This document shows positions 48,328 to 60,584 of a stretch of DNA of 64,000 nt, piece by piece. The position numbers and the translations under genes are program-made. The notes under the pieces were generated by a model. The model saw only the letters and a list, made by a program, of their open reading frames with translations. It had not been told where the DNA came from and did not search any database. Position 1 is the stretch's first letter. Each line of letters begins with the position of its first letter. The stretch is from Mesotaenium endlicherianum (lineage: Eukaryota): positions 460,952 through 524,951 of the forward strand of contig WELA01003054.1 in the NCBI GenBank assembly GCA_009602735.1, read 5' to 3'.

Positions 48328-51300
48328 TCAAGCTTCCAGATCTGTCTTCAGGGATACCATCACTGCATTTAATTGCAGTCTTGAGAGGGGGTCAGCCGGG
48401 TTTGTCTTGCCGGGCTGGTACTGAATCGTGATGTTGTATTGTTGCAAGTATCCGCTCCATCTTGCTTGTCTCCTTGAGAGATACGGCTGCGTTTGGAGGT
48501 GCTTTAACGCCTCGTGGTCCGTGGTGACCAGTACTTTGCGTCCTTCAACGTAGCAGCGCCAAACCTTCAAGGCATGTACAATCGCCAATGCCTCTCGCTC
48601 CGTGGTTGTATAATTTTGCTCGGCTGGATTTAGCTTCCTTGACTCGTAGGCGATGGGCTGCAGTCCCTTGCCTTGGTCTTGAAGCAGGATTGCTCCTATT
48701 GCATAGGAAGATGCATCGGTGATGACGTGGAAGGGCCAATCTGGGTTTGGACTTGGGAGTGTGAGCACCGGGGATGTGGTCAATCTTCGCTTTAACTCTT
48801 GAAATGCCTCTTCCTCTTTCTCGGTCCATGTATATAGCCTGTCCTTCTTGAGTAGATCTGTCAGGGGGGCTGCTATGTGCGAGAAGCCTTGGATGAATTT
48901 TCTGTACCAATTGGCAAATCCCAAGAATGACTGGAGTTCTTTCTTGGTCGTGGGGGTTGGCCATTCCTCCACCACCGTGGTCTTCTTGGGGTCCATCTTG
49001 ATGCCATCAGCAGTCACGTGGAGACCTAGGAACTCCACTTCTTGTTTGGCAAACTCGCACTTTGACTCCTTCGCAAATAGCTTGTTTTGCTTCAATACTT
49101 CAAGGACTTCTTTCAAGTGTCTCGCATGCTCTTCAAGGGTCTTGCTGTAGATAAGGATGTCATCGATGAATACCACCACAAATCTGTCCAACATGGGCTG
49201 AAATATGGTGTTCATCATAGTCATGAAAGTTGCTGGCGCGTTGGTGAGTCCAAATGGCAGGACCATGAACTCAAAATGTCCATATCTTGTCCTGAATGCC
49301 GTCTTCTCTATGTCCGGTTCTGCGATGCGAATCTGGTGGTAGCCGCTCCGTAAGTCAATCTTCGTGAAGTACTTGGCTCCAACCAGCCGGTCCATGAGCT
49401 CATCCATGCGCGGCAGCGGGTATCGATTCTTGATGGTGATCTTGTTGAGGGCGCGATAGTCCACACACATCCTCAAGGTACCATCTTTCTTCTTGACAAA
49501 TAGCACCGGGGCTCCAAATGGCGACTTGCTAGGTCGAATGAAGCCATGCTCCAGTAGCTCCTTGATTTGCTTCTTGACTTCGTCTAGCTCCGTGTATGAC
49601 ATTTTGAACGTAGGCCGAGAGATGGGCTTGCTTCCGGGCTCCAACTCTATCTTGTGGTCTACGAATCTTTTGGGGGGTAGGCCCTTGGGCAATTCCGGGG
49701 AGAACACTTCTTTGTAGTCCTCAAAGACTTCTTGTATCTCCTTGGGAACGGGGCTGCCTTCTTGACTCTCGATGTCTTTCTTGATGTCTTTTGGCGTGAT
49801 CAAGGCCAAAAGAAGCTCGTGTCCCTTCCTCACAAGTCTCTTGAGTTGGAGGGCGGACAATAGTATCTCGTGTGCCGGCTTCTGGATGTCTTGGGTCTGG
49901 ATATTCTGGATTGCGCGCAAAATACAGATTCTTGAAGTGATGTCATTCTTGATCTTGATAGTACCGGTCCTCCAATCAACTTGGGGGTTGTGCTTGGTCA
50001 ACCAAGGCGTCCCTAGGATGACGTCGTACTTGCCCAATTGCATGGGGGAGAACACTACTCTATCCTTGAAGGACTTGATAGAGAGTGCCAAGGGGTACGT
50101 CTTCTTGGAAGGGGTAGTATAGGAGAATCCATCGGGCATCATAATCTCCTCGTCGTGGTCAAGAGTTCGCATAGTAATACCGTGCTTGGTGGCGAAATCT
50201 GCAGCAATGAAGTTGCCTTGAGCTCCGCTATCCACCAAGATGTGGACCTTCTTTCCTCCAAGGTAACCTCTCAAACTCATTGGGGCTGGAACGTCGTCTT
50301 CAACGGGAGTCTCCACCTCACTTGGCTTGTTGTCTTCTCGTGAAGTGGGTCTTGGGGTGGTAGGCTCCTGGCCTACCGGCGCTGTTCGTTTTTTTGACAA
50401 CTTTTTGGGGCATGACAGTGCACGATGGCCCTTTTCCTTGCAATAAAAGCATAGTCTCGCCGTCATGAGAGCTTCTTTTTCAGCCGGGGAGAGTCTTCCT
50501 TTCACTCGTTGCTGGTTTCTTGCATCATAAGTGTCATTGGAGGGTCTTCCACTATTCCGAGCAGCCGCGGGGTCCCTTTTAATAACTCCGATTTCCATGG
50601 GTGTGGGTCCAGATTCTGATGTGGAAGGGGCTGCGTACACCCGCGTCGTCGGAACCCGTGAAGATGGAGGCACGGAGTGCTTGAAATCCAAGGTATCCAC
50701 CTTTTGGGCCAAGTGTCCAGCATATGAGCAATCATGATGCTCCGCAAGTAATAAGTCTCGTAGCTCCTTGATGTCAGGTACCACCACTCTCTTGGAATCA
50801 CCATAATACCATATGCCGTCCTTCTTCTGCATACTTGAGTTGGACTCAGCTGCTCCACCATCAGCAAACTCTGGGTCCTCCTCATAACCTCTCTGAAGCT
50901 TCTCCTTGAAGTCCATACTCTCCTTGATGACCGAGACAGCTGCAAGGTCACACCTCCTGGATAAAGCGTCTGCAGGGTTGATCTTCCCAGGTAAGAACTC
51001 AATCTTGTGGTCGAACTGTTGCAGAAACTCCATCCACCTTGCCTGTCTTGGTGTCAATGTTAGCTGCGTCATAAACTTCACCAAGCTCTTGTGGTCGGTC
51101 TTGATGGATACCTTTCGGCCGTCCATATAACATCGCCAAATCCTCAAAGCCTGGATAACAGCCAACATCTCCCGCTCGTGTGCTGCATAGTTTTGCTCAG
51201 CAGGACTCAACTTCCTGCTCTCATATGCCACAGGCTGCAATCCTTTGCCCTGTTCCTGGAGAAGAATGGCTCCCACTGCGACATTTGATGCTTCCGTGAT

Positions 51301-52632
51301 GATGGTGAAAGGAAGCTCTGGACTTGCAATTGCCAACACAGGTGCCTGTGTCAACAGCTCCTTAATCTTCTCAAAGGCTTGCTGCTCCTTGTCACCCCAT
51401 AGCCACTTCTCCTGCTTCTTCAGCATGTCTGTGAGCGGTGTACATACCTTGGCAAATCCTTCAATGAAACGTCGATAATAATTCGCCATGGCGAGGAAGC
51501 TTCTGAGTTGATGAATACCAGCAGGTACCGGCCAATCTCTGACTGCTTGCACCTTCTTCTGCTCCACCTTGACTCCTTCAGCTCCCACTATGTGCCCAAG
51601 AAACTCGACCTCCTTGAGACAGAAGTCGCACTTGCTCATCTTCCCATACAGCTTCTGATCTCTCAAGACCTCCAACACCTTCCTCAGATGCCCCACATGC
51701 TCTTCCAAGGTCTTCGAATAGATCTGGATGTCGTCCAAAAATACCACCACAAATTGGTCCAAGTAGGGACTGAAGATACTATTCAAGAGTCCCATGAATG
51801 TAGTAGGTGCATTCGTCAACCCAAAAGGCATGATTGTGAACTCGAATAACCCATAGCGAGTCCTAAGAGCAGTCTTCTGAATGTCTTCTTCCGCAATCCG
51901 TACCTTGTGATAGCCACTCCTCAAATCGATCTTCGAGAAATACTTCGCCCCGACAAGCCTGTCAATCAACTCGTCCACTCGTGGAAGTGGGTACCTGTTC
52001 TTGATGGTGACCTTGTTCAGTGCCCGGTAGTCGACACACATCCTCATAGTCCCATCCTTCTTCTTCACAAATAAGACTGATGCTGCAAATGGAGACTCGC
52101 TGGGTCGGATGAATCCCTTCTCCAATAACTCTGTCAGCTGCTTCTTCAACTCGTCCAACTCCGTAAACGATTGACGATAGGCGGGTCTCACTGGTGGCTT
52201 GCTCCCTGGTTCCAACTCGATCTTGTGCTCCATAGCTCTCTGTGGAGGTAATCCTGTACGTAGCTCCTTAGGAAACACGCACTCGAACTCCTCCAACAGC
52301 GCCTCAATCTGGGCAGGCATCTCAGCAGGCTTCTTCTCTTGAGCAGTTGGGCTTTGCTCCTTTTGAGCAAGGGGATTAAACACCACTACTTGCTCCTCCG
52401 GCGATGTATATTCGCCCAGGCTGTTAGGATTCACGCTTGCTCCATCTGATGACCTGGCCAGGGCCACCGAAACAAGGTACATCTCCTTCACCTGATTTGC
52501 CCTGCATAGCTTCTTAACTTGCAGGCTCGACAGAAGACAGTTACTTGTGGTCGTATCTACCTCCACCTGTTTCGCTGTCTCCATTCGACCATCACGCCCT
52601 TGGACTTTTACTTGTCCTGTGCTCCAGTGCAC
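48328..52632 (-). CDS. pol: Chimeric 1434-aa ORF: C RT-RNase H and start of integrase zinc finger, fused to A gag tail, protease, RT, RNase H
   Basis: Two RT motifs (FLDDIQI, FIDDILI), two RNase H domains, junction [18 protein letters not shown] at 50710/50711. Product of the inversion; expression doubtful. Confidence 0.85.
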   Translation of the reverse strand: MHWSTGQVKVQGRDGRMETAKQVEVDTTTSNCLLSSLQVKKLCRANQVKEMYLVSVALARSSDGASVNPNSLGEYTSPEEQVVVFNPLAQKEQSPTAQEKKPAEMPAQIEALLEEFECVFPKELRTGLPPQRAMEHKIELEPGSKPPVRPAYRQSFTELDELKKQLTELLEKGFIRPSESPFAASVLFVKKKDGTMRMCVDYRALNKVTIKNRYPLPRVDELIDRLVGAKYFSKIDLRSGYHKVRIAEEDIQKTALRTRYGLFEFTIMPFGLTNAPTTFMGLLNSIFSPYLDQFVVVFLDDIQIYSKTLEEHVGHLRKVLEVLRDQKLYGKMSKCDFCLKEVEFLGHIVGAEGVKVEQKKVQAVRDWPVPAGIHQLRSFLAMANYYRRFIEGFAKVCTPLTDMLKKQEKWLWGDKEQQAFEKIKELLTQAPVLAIASPELPFTIITEASNVAVGAILLQEQGKGLQPVAYESRKLSPAEQNYAAHEREMLAVIQALRIWRCYMDGRKVSIKTDHKSLVKFMTQLTLTPRQARWMEFLQQFDHKIEFLPGKINPADALSRRCDLAAVSVIKESMDFKEKLQRGYEEDPEFADGGAAESNSSMQKKDGIWYYGDSKRVVVPDIKELRDLLLAEHHDCSYAGHLAQKVDTLDFKHSVPPSSRVPTTRVYAAPSTSESGPTPMEIGVIKRDPAAARNSGRPSNDTYDARNQQRVKGRLSPAEKEALMTARLCFYCKEKGHRALSCPKKLSKKRTAPVGQEPTTPRPTSREDNKPSEVETPVEDDVPAPMSLRGYLGGKKVHILVDSGAQGNFIAADFATKHGITMRTLDHDEEIMMPDGFSYTTPSKKTYPLALSIKSFKDRVVFSPMQLGKYDVILGTPWLTKHNPQVDWRTGTIKIKNDITSRICILRAIQNIQTQDIQKPAHEILLSALQLKRLVRKGHELLLALITPKDIKKDIESQEGSPVPKEIQEVFEDYKEVFSPELPKGLPPKRFVDHKIELEPGSKPISRPTFKMSYTELDEVKKQIKELLEHGFIRPSKSPFGAPVLFVKKKDGTLRMCVDYRALNKITIKNRYPLPRMDELMDRLVGAKYFTKIDLRSGYHQIRIAEPDIEKTAFRTRYGHFEFMVLPFGLTNAPATFMTMMNTIFQPMLDRFVVVFIDDILIYSKTLEEHARHLKEVLEVLKQNKLFAKESKCEFAKQEVEFLGLHVTADGIKMDPKKTTVVEEWPTPTTKKELQSFLGFANWYRKFIQGFSHIAAPLTDLLKKDRLYTWTEKEEEAFQELKRRLTTSPVLTLPSPNPDWPFHVITDASSYAIGAILLQDQGKGLQPIAYESRKLNPAEQNYTTTEREALAIVHALKVWRCYVEGRKVLVTTDHEALKHLQTQPYLSRRQARWSGYLQQYNITIQYQPGKTNPADPLSRLQLNAVMVSLKTDLEA

Positions 52633-54126
52633 TTGAAGGTTGGCTTTTCTTAGCCATGGTCAGCCCAATATCACTCATAGTGACCCAACTCTGCCTGCTC
52701 CATAACTTTAGTACCCTGGTGCCTCGCTACTTCCATGTGAATAGCTTCCGTAGGTGCACCACACTTGAGTCTCTGCCCATTCGCCAAAATTGCCTCCTTA
52801 GGCTCATAATGCTTCTGCACAGGAATTCGCCACTTTTTCACCAGCTTCTTGTACACAAAGTTTGCACTTGCGCCACTGTCGACCATACACTTCGCCCTGT
52901 TGCCGTCGACTACTCCTTCCACGATGATAGGCTTGTCCACGTCTCGTCCTTTGCTTCTCGGCAGGCTCCTGGGGATAACCTCCTTGTGAGTTCTCGTCTT
53001 CACGCCAGTAGACACTCTAGAACGACTTACTGGCGTCCTTCTTTTTCCTGCTGTTGAGGTTGCTTCGCCTTCACATGACAGTCTCAAGCCAGATGTCCAA
53101 GCTTGCCACAATTATAACAGGGTCCCCTCGACTTGAAGTTTTGCTGCCTGCGCTGGTACTGCACAAGTCTCAACTCCATAGGTACTAGACCTTGTCCACT
53201 CGTGCTTGGCGCTTGAGATCCAAAGTGTCAATAACCTCCAAAGTTGTGGCTGCCCCACTGTCTCTGACTATACTCCACAACGTTGACCCTTGTTGCCAAT
53301 GCCATCGTTTCTCCAAGACTGGTAGGGTCCTTGAGCGCCACTTCCTTGGCCATAGTTGGCTTGAGTTCCCTCTTGAACTTATCCATCATCTCCGACTCGT
53401 GCATGGATGGACATTGAAGCACCTGCTCGTTGAAGCGCGATACATACTCTTGAACACTTCCTCGTTGACGAAGGCGCACCAATAGATCTCGAGCAGTAGC
53501 CTCGGTTGCAAGAGGTTGAAATTGCCTTTAAGCCTTCAAAGAGCTGATCAACAGTAGTAGGAACTCCAGACAGCTGCTCCTGTCGCTCATACCAAGCTCC
53601 AGCACTCTTCTTCAGCAAAGTAATCACAAAGGCAACTTGCCTTTCGGTTGTGAGCGCAAAATATTCCATAAACTTCCTCACTCCAAAAATCCATTGATGA
53701 ACAGGCGGCCATCCACGCTCTCCAGTATACACTTCAGGCTTAGGCGCACGCACTCCCGATCCGGGTGGAATAATTGGTTGCACCACTGGATTAAGATGGA
53801 TCGGTGGTACAACAGGTGCAGGTGCCAAACTTGTCAAAGCGGCATTCCCAACAACAACTCGCACCATCCTCTCCACCTCCGCGCGCATATTTTGTTGAAA
53901 TTGGGCGTAGACTTCTCCTCCAATTGCATTCGCCATTTGCCTCAGCATCGCCTGCATTTCTTGTTGCTCTCTGGTCATCGTTGGTGCTGCTTGCTGCCCC
54001 GCACGCTCAACATGCTCGACATGTTCGCCTCCTCCAGCACTGCGACTTTATAATATGATATGCAAACTAGCCCAGCTCCGATACCAAATGAAAGGGGCAG
54101 AGTGCCCTAGTGGAAGCGTAGTGACT
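50711..54126 (-). mobile_element. Family C copy C2, 5' part (U5 stub 54089-54126, PBS 54075-54086, decayed gag, protease, RT, RNase H)
   Basis: Collinear with C1 ~17053-20500. Confidence 0.93.
52999..54040 (-). pseudogene. gag: C2 gag, frameshifted
   Basis: ORFs 53379..53978 and 53228..53482 are homologous to C1 gag. Confidence 0.88.
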
Positions 54127-54953
54127 CACGATGTGAGGTCATAGGTTTATAAAGTGCTTTTTTGAGTGTCATGAAAGTATGTTCTGATTGTACAGTAGTG
54201 TAATGAATCAGTATATTAGTAGATATAATATTCAGTTAAATATAATAGTTAATTCAGTTCAGCCTGCTGAACACTAGTTAATAATCAGTCTGCTGGACTT
54301 AATATTTAATAGCAGTTTAATGACTCAGCCGGAAGCAGCAGGCTGAAGTCCACCTAAGTCAGCTTGCTGACACATTCTTTGACAGCCAGCTGACTTCCGT
54401 ACTTGGTAGCAGCAAACTGCCTCGATATGCATCTAAGTGTGGCATGCTAGATGAATGGCAAGATGACATCCCTATGATGGATGGCGATTCGGGATGATGG
54501 GAGATGGCGGTGGATTTGGTTAACCGAGGTCCTACCAACGTGGTTAACTCCCGGGTAGGCGGTGCCATCGCACTGACCGTTGAACAGTAAACTCATTCCA
54601 TGTACATATGCTAGGCATTGCTCTCGAGTTTGGCATTCGGAAACGAGGCCAACTCTCTTGTACAGCTTACTGAGAGAGATCTGAATCCAAGGCGAGAAGC
54701 CATTGATACGCACTGTCTTCTAACCTTGCTTATATATGAGTTTACTGATTTGCTTTATTGATGCTAGTTTACTCGCATTTGACTTACAAGTATTATTCAC
54801 TGCTAGTGTCTTGTCCTTTGCCGTTTAACCAGTTAACGGCAAATACCATAAAGATTACTTGCTGATATAAAGATCTTAATTAATTGTTAATCGCCTATTT
54901 GGTAAGTCGCTTCATTTCAGTGGTATCGGAGCAGTTGTCACAGTCTTCTTTGT

Positions 54954-56431
54954 ATGGTAAGGACAAGGTCTCAAACTAGCAACTCCCGAGACATGGAGAA
55001 CCAGGATAACGAGAATGTCGAAAATCAGGCGGAAAGCCATGTAGCGGGAAACCGTACCTATTCTGAAGGAGTAGCAGATACTGCAGCTAGGGAGGCTGCA
55101 GATGAGGCAGCTGCTATTGCCGCAGTCGCAGCACAGCAAGATGAGGAGGAGAGAGCCAGGCTAGAAGCTGAACAATTAGCAAAGGCCGCTGAAGATATAC
55201 AAGGAGGGAAAGACAGCCAGCTGACGAGCGCACTGTCGAGGAACTTATGGCATCAAGGGCCAATATTCTGAACCCACCTCCTGCTGTACAACTGAATGTA
55301 CCCCTAGGTCAAATACGTGACCGGCTGAATGCGGCAGGAATTGCTGCTGCAGGAGCAAGAGGGACTGTTGAGGACACTACTCAGCGAGTAGAGGTCAATG
55401 CTGCTTCTGCATTCGCTAATCTACCACCCCAGAGTGTAGACTTGGGAGCGTTGTTCGTTCAGATGCAGTCGCAAATGGCGACCATGGATCAGTCCCAACA
55501 GGAGGACAAACGAATCATAATGTCTCTACTGCGGGACAGAGACCAACTGGGTTCTCAAACCACCGGTGGTGGTGGCCGAGGGCCTAGTAAGCCCAAGCCG
55601 AAACCTCCCCAGGAATATGATCCTGACGGAAACAGAAAATAGTACCTGATCAAGTTTCTCGCGGATGTTGAGCAGTGGCTGGAGAACTACCCAGAACTGC
55701 AAGATTACGAGAAGGTCAAGCACACCGGCGCGCTACTGAAAGGCAGTGCCGCAGACTGGTGGCTTTACTGGAAAGGAGAGCGTAAGGCTCGGCAAGTCGG
55801 TGACCCTACGTGGGTAGAGTTTGTCGATAAGTTGCATGAGAAGTTTGATGTCATCAACCAGCAGGAGAAAGCTATCTATGCGATGATCTCCCTCACACTG
55901 AAGCAGACCACTTCAGTTGCTGAGTTTGCTCAAAAGTTCCAGGAGAACATGATGAAGCAGCCAGATTTGCCAGAACGGTATAGGATAGCATACTTCAGGT
56001 ATGGCTTGAAATCCGAGGTCTCTGGTCATTTTGCTGAGAAAAAGTATGAGAAACTGGCTGACTTGATCCAGGATGCTGATGCCTGGGATCAGCAGCAGTT
56101 CAATCACAAGCGCCAGAGTAATGCTTTGGTGTCTAAGGTTGTCAAAAAGCCCCACGGTTCCTACAATGCAGTTGAAGGAGACCAGGCTGAGGATAATCAG
56201 GGTGATGAATATGAGTATGAGTACAATGCTATTCAGTCTAGAGGTAGAGGTGGTCCCTCTCGAGGTGGCTATGGAAGGGGTGGTGGTAGGACTAAGCCGA
56301 GACCAGCCTCAGCAAAATCTACTTGCTACCATTGTCAGCAGAAAGTTCACTACAAAGAACAGTGTCCAGTCAAGCACCTTCCGAAGGTCGAGAGAAAAGA
56401 CCAGCCTTTAAAAGACAGCAACAGTCAGTAA
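54954..56431 (+). pseudogene. gag: B2 gag (frameshifts, stop)
   Basis: Nearly identical to B1 gag. Confidence 0.92.
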
Positions 56432-59400
56432 TCCAGTCTACTGACTGTGAGGATGCTAGAGATAGTGAGTCGTCACTAGCTGCCCTCGTAGCAGGTATTA
56501 TGGGTCCTGCTGAACTGGATTCACTATGCATGCCTGACAACCAGATAAAGGAGACCATCAGCAATATAGACGTCCAGAGAGTGCACACTCTGGATGCTCT
56601 TGTTCCACCTGATGTCCAACATTTCTTTGCTACGTCAGGAGAACAATGCGAAAGTCAGGAAAAGACAGTCCCCCCTATCCTACTGCATTGCATGATTGCA
56701 GGTAGGAAGGTGAGGGCATTTGTTGACGGAGGGGCGTCACATACTTTTATCCACAAGGACTTAGTTAAGCGGCTAAGGCTGCCTACTGTCACCCAAGGGA
56801 ATAGAAAAATATTCCTTGGAGATGCCTCAAGTATCCCGGGAGGAGTTATAACCAAGCCTATTGAGGTCCAGTTAGGTTCTGGCATTGCAGTTCTAACTGA
56901 AACGCTTACATTTGAGGTACTCAACACTGGCTTTTATGATCTCGTGCTAGGCAGGTCCTGGCTTAATAGACATCAAGCTGAAGTGTGTTGGAGCAGAGGT
57001 ACAGTTAAAGTGAGAGGAGCCAGTGATGGGCAGACTGACTTGGCACCCACCAGTGCTCTTCCTCTTGTCCTGTGTGGATGGCAAATGAAGGAAAAGAAGA
57101 GGCTTCCAGAAGGATGCAAGTTGCTGAATGCAATGGAGTTCGTCAAAAGCTGGAACCGGAAGGAAGACAGAATGTTCTGTCTGCTGCTAAGAGAGGTACC
57201 TTCTCAACCTGAAGAAGTGGTTGAGTAAAAGGTAAGTCCTCCGGAGCACCCTACTGCTGCAAAAATTGTTGCTCAGTACACGGATGTGTTTAATATGCCT
57301 CCAGGACTACCCCCTAAGAGGGAAGTAGATCATAAGATTGATTTATTACCTGGTAGTCAGCCACCCTGGCAACGCACGTATGGCTTGTCTTATGTGGAGA
57401 GCGAGGAGTTGAAAACACAGATTGCAGAGCTTGAGGAAAATTGTTATACTTCTCCCAGTAAATCACCGTACGGCGCACCCATCTTATTTGTTAAGAAAAA
57501 GGATGGCAGTATGCGGATGTGTGTGGATTACAGAGCCCTGAACAGAATTACAGTAAAGAACAAATATGCTTTACCCAAAATCAAGGACTTGCTTGATACC
57601 CTGTCTGGTGCTAAGGTGTTCAGTAAGATAGATCTCAAGAGTGGTTATCATCAAATCAGAATTGCTGAGGGGGATGAACACAAGACTGCCTTCCGCACAC
57701 GTTATGGACACTATGAGTTCAACGTGATGCCATTTGGACTGACTAACGCTCCTGCTACCTTCATGGGTGCTATGAATGACATTTTCAGACCTTGTTTGGA
57801 TAAGTTTGTGCAAGTTTTCCTGGATGATAATTTAATTTTCTCTAAAGATGAAACTCAGCACACTGAACACTTAAAGACAGTCCTAGACACTCTGCGCAAA
57901 AATCACTTATATGCTAAAATGAGCAAGTGTGATTTCTTTAAGGAAAGTATTGAATTCTTAGGCCACGTTGTCAGTAAAGAGGGCATCAGTGTGGACCCGA
58001 AGAAAGTCCAGACCATAAGGGACTGGCCAGTACCACAGGCGGTCTCTGAAGTTAGATCCTTCTTCGGGTTGGCTAACTACTATAGGAGATTTACTGAGAA
58101 TTATTCCACAAAGGCCAGTAAACTGACTGACCTTACTAAGAAAGACATAGGGTATGTGTGGGGGGAAGAGCAGCAGGCTGCCTTCCAGACCCTTAAAGAT
58201 GCCCTTTGTTCTGCCCCAGTGCTAGCCGTGTATGACCCCAGCAAACCGGTGCAGGTGGTTACTGATGCCTCTGATTTTGCCATGGGTGCTATTTTGTTGC
58301 AGCCTGCTGACAAAACCACAAAGGATGGTAAGGTACGGCAGGAGTGGCATCCTGTGTTGTATGAGTCTATGAAATTTAATCCAGCGGAGATTAATTACTC
58401 AGTGCATGATAAAGAGCTGCTAGCTATCATTCATGTACTCAAACAGTAGAGACCATACTTACATGGTAAAGCTTTTAAAGTGATTACAGATCATCTAGCT
58501 CTGACCCACTTTCAGAAGAAGTCCAAGCTGTCGAGGAGGGAGAACCGCTGGAGCGAGATGCTGGAGCAGTTCCAAGTCCAGATCGACTACAAACCAGGGA
58601 AGTTGAATCCTGCTGATGCACTCTCTAAAAGACCTGACTTGCAAGAAAGGAAGTTTAGTCAGCATGCCGTAGATAAAGTCCTATGTGCACTCACTTCACT
58701 AAAGGTGAAAAAGTCCTTCCTTGAACAACTTAGGAAAGCCTACCTTTCTGACCCAACATTTGAGCCCAACCCCACTACTGGTGTATGTCGTGCTACTGCA
58801 CTCGGGTATAAGCTTAAGGGAGGGGTCTGGGTGACTGAAACAACTTCAGGCAGGCTGAAGCTGGTCATTTCTAATAACTTGGAAATAAGGTTTCTCTTAC
58901 GGAGTCAAGCGCATGACAGTTTCCTGGGTGGACATTTGGGGCAGGCCAAAACTGTTGGCAAACTGGCAAAACATTATCATTGGGAGGGATTACCCCGGGA
59001 AGTCTTGAAATACGTCAAGTCTTGTGACCAGTGTCAAAGAAATAAGTCTCGGCACACACCACCCGGAGGTCTCTTGCAACCACTGCCCATCCCAGCTGGA
59101 CGCTGGGAAACTATATCCATGTACTGGGTGGTCTCACTACGAAGAACTGCAAACGGGCATGATTCAATACTGGTAGTCGTGGATAAGCTGACAAAAATGG
59201 TCATTTTTATCCCCACAACTGTCAAAGTGACTGCACTCGAAACAGCGAGATAGTTCTACAACCATGTAGTATGCCAACATGGGCTTCCTTCTTATATCCT
59301 CTCAAACAGAGACTCAAAATTCACCTCTAAGTTCTGGAGAGCTTTAATGGGGTTAATGGGAGTCAAACAGCTGCTCAGCACAGCAAACCACCCTCAGACT

Positions 59401-60255
59401 GATGGGCAGACTGAAAGAACTAACCGAGTTCTGCAGGAGGTGCTGAGAGCATATATTAACCAAAAACAAGATAATTGGGATGACCTGTTGCCTCAAATTC
59501 AGTTTGCGGTCAACAGTGCGGTGCACGCGTCAACGGGCAAGACTCCTTTTGAACTCAGCCTGGGTAGAGTCCCTAAGTCCCCTCTAGATGTGCTGGGGGA
59601 GTCTTTAACTCACCCTGAAGGGATCGATAATCCGATCTCCCTCTAGTTTACCCAGGAGTTTGCTGACACCCTGTCAGAAGTCCAACAAAACCTGCACAGA
59701 GCCCAAACAAACCAACAAAAATACGCTAATCAACACCGTCGGGAGCTGACATTTTCTAAAGGCGATTTAGTCAAACTGCATTCTCAGCACCTGTACCTCC
59801 CTGGTGTGGTCAAGAAAAAGCTTGGCCCTGTCTGGGTCGGTCCATATTCGGTGGTGCGTCGTGTCGGTCAGAATGCTTACAAACTGAACATGTCAGCCGA
59901 ATACAAGGGTCGCCCGGTCTTTAATGTCTCCTTCCTGGAATCATACATCAAAGGTGATACACTGTTCACAGGTCGGTTACCTGTCCAACCCGGACCGGTC
60001 CCCGCTGTCAGGGACGGCGACTCTGACGATTATGAGGTTGAGGAGATTTTAGACGCGCGCTCGGTCCGTCGATTGTCTAAATATGTCATGAAGTACCTCA
60101 TTCGATGGAAGGGTTACGATGCCTCTGGGGACACTTGGGAATTTAAGGACCATTTGACCATTGCCAAAGGAGCGTTGAAACGGTTCCACCTTCGGGCCGC
60201 TGGAGCCCCTTCAAAACTGTCATTTCAGTTGACACGGGAAGGTGACAGGCGGTAG
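56410..60255 (+). pseudogene. pol: B2 pol with several nonsense mutations
   Basis: Protease, RT, RNase H, integrase and chromodomain motifs as in B1; stops at 57226, 58447, 59251 and 59644. Confidence 0.94.
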
Positions 60256-60584
60256 TGTCTCCATTTAAGTTGGAGGGGAAAATATATGACAGTTAGTGAG
60301 TGAGAGCGATGAAGGGACAGTTACGTGAATCCTAAGTGTCAGCATAGTGACAGAGGGGACAGCCTGGCCCACATAAAGCACCTTAAGCGGAAGGAAGGAA
60401 CTTAACTCACCCTCAAACACATTCATATGTTTATGCTTAGCGCACCGCAATTACGTCAACTTTTAGCAATCACCCTGTAAGGTAAACAGGAGCAAATCCA
60501 CTATACTAATACTAACATACTTCCTGCAATCCCTATGACAAAGGTCCATATCCTACTAACTTGTGCCCTGGTTACATGTGCAGG

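Larger units (their letters stand above)
44226..50710 (-). mobile_element. Family A copy A4, 3' part (3' LTR 44226-44728, pol, gag tail), with internal B fragment and a duplication
   Basis: A LTR plus PPT; TSD CTGCT pairs with AGCAG at 61339-61343. Confidence 0.9.
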
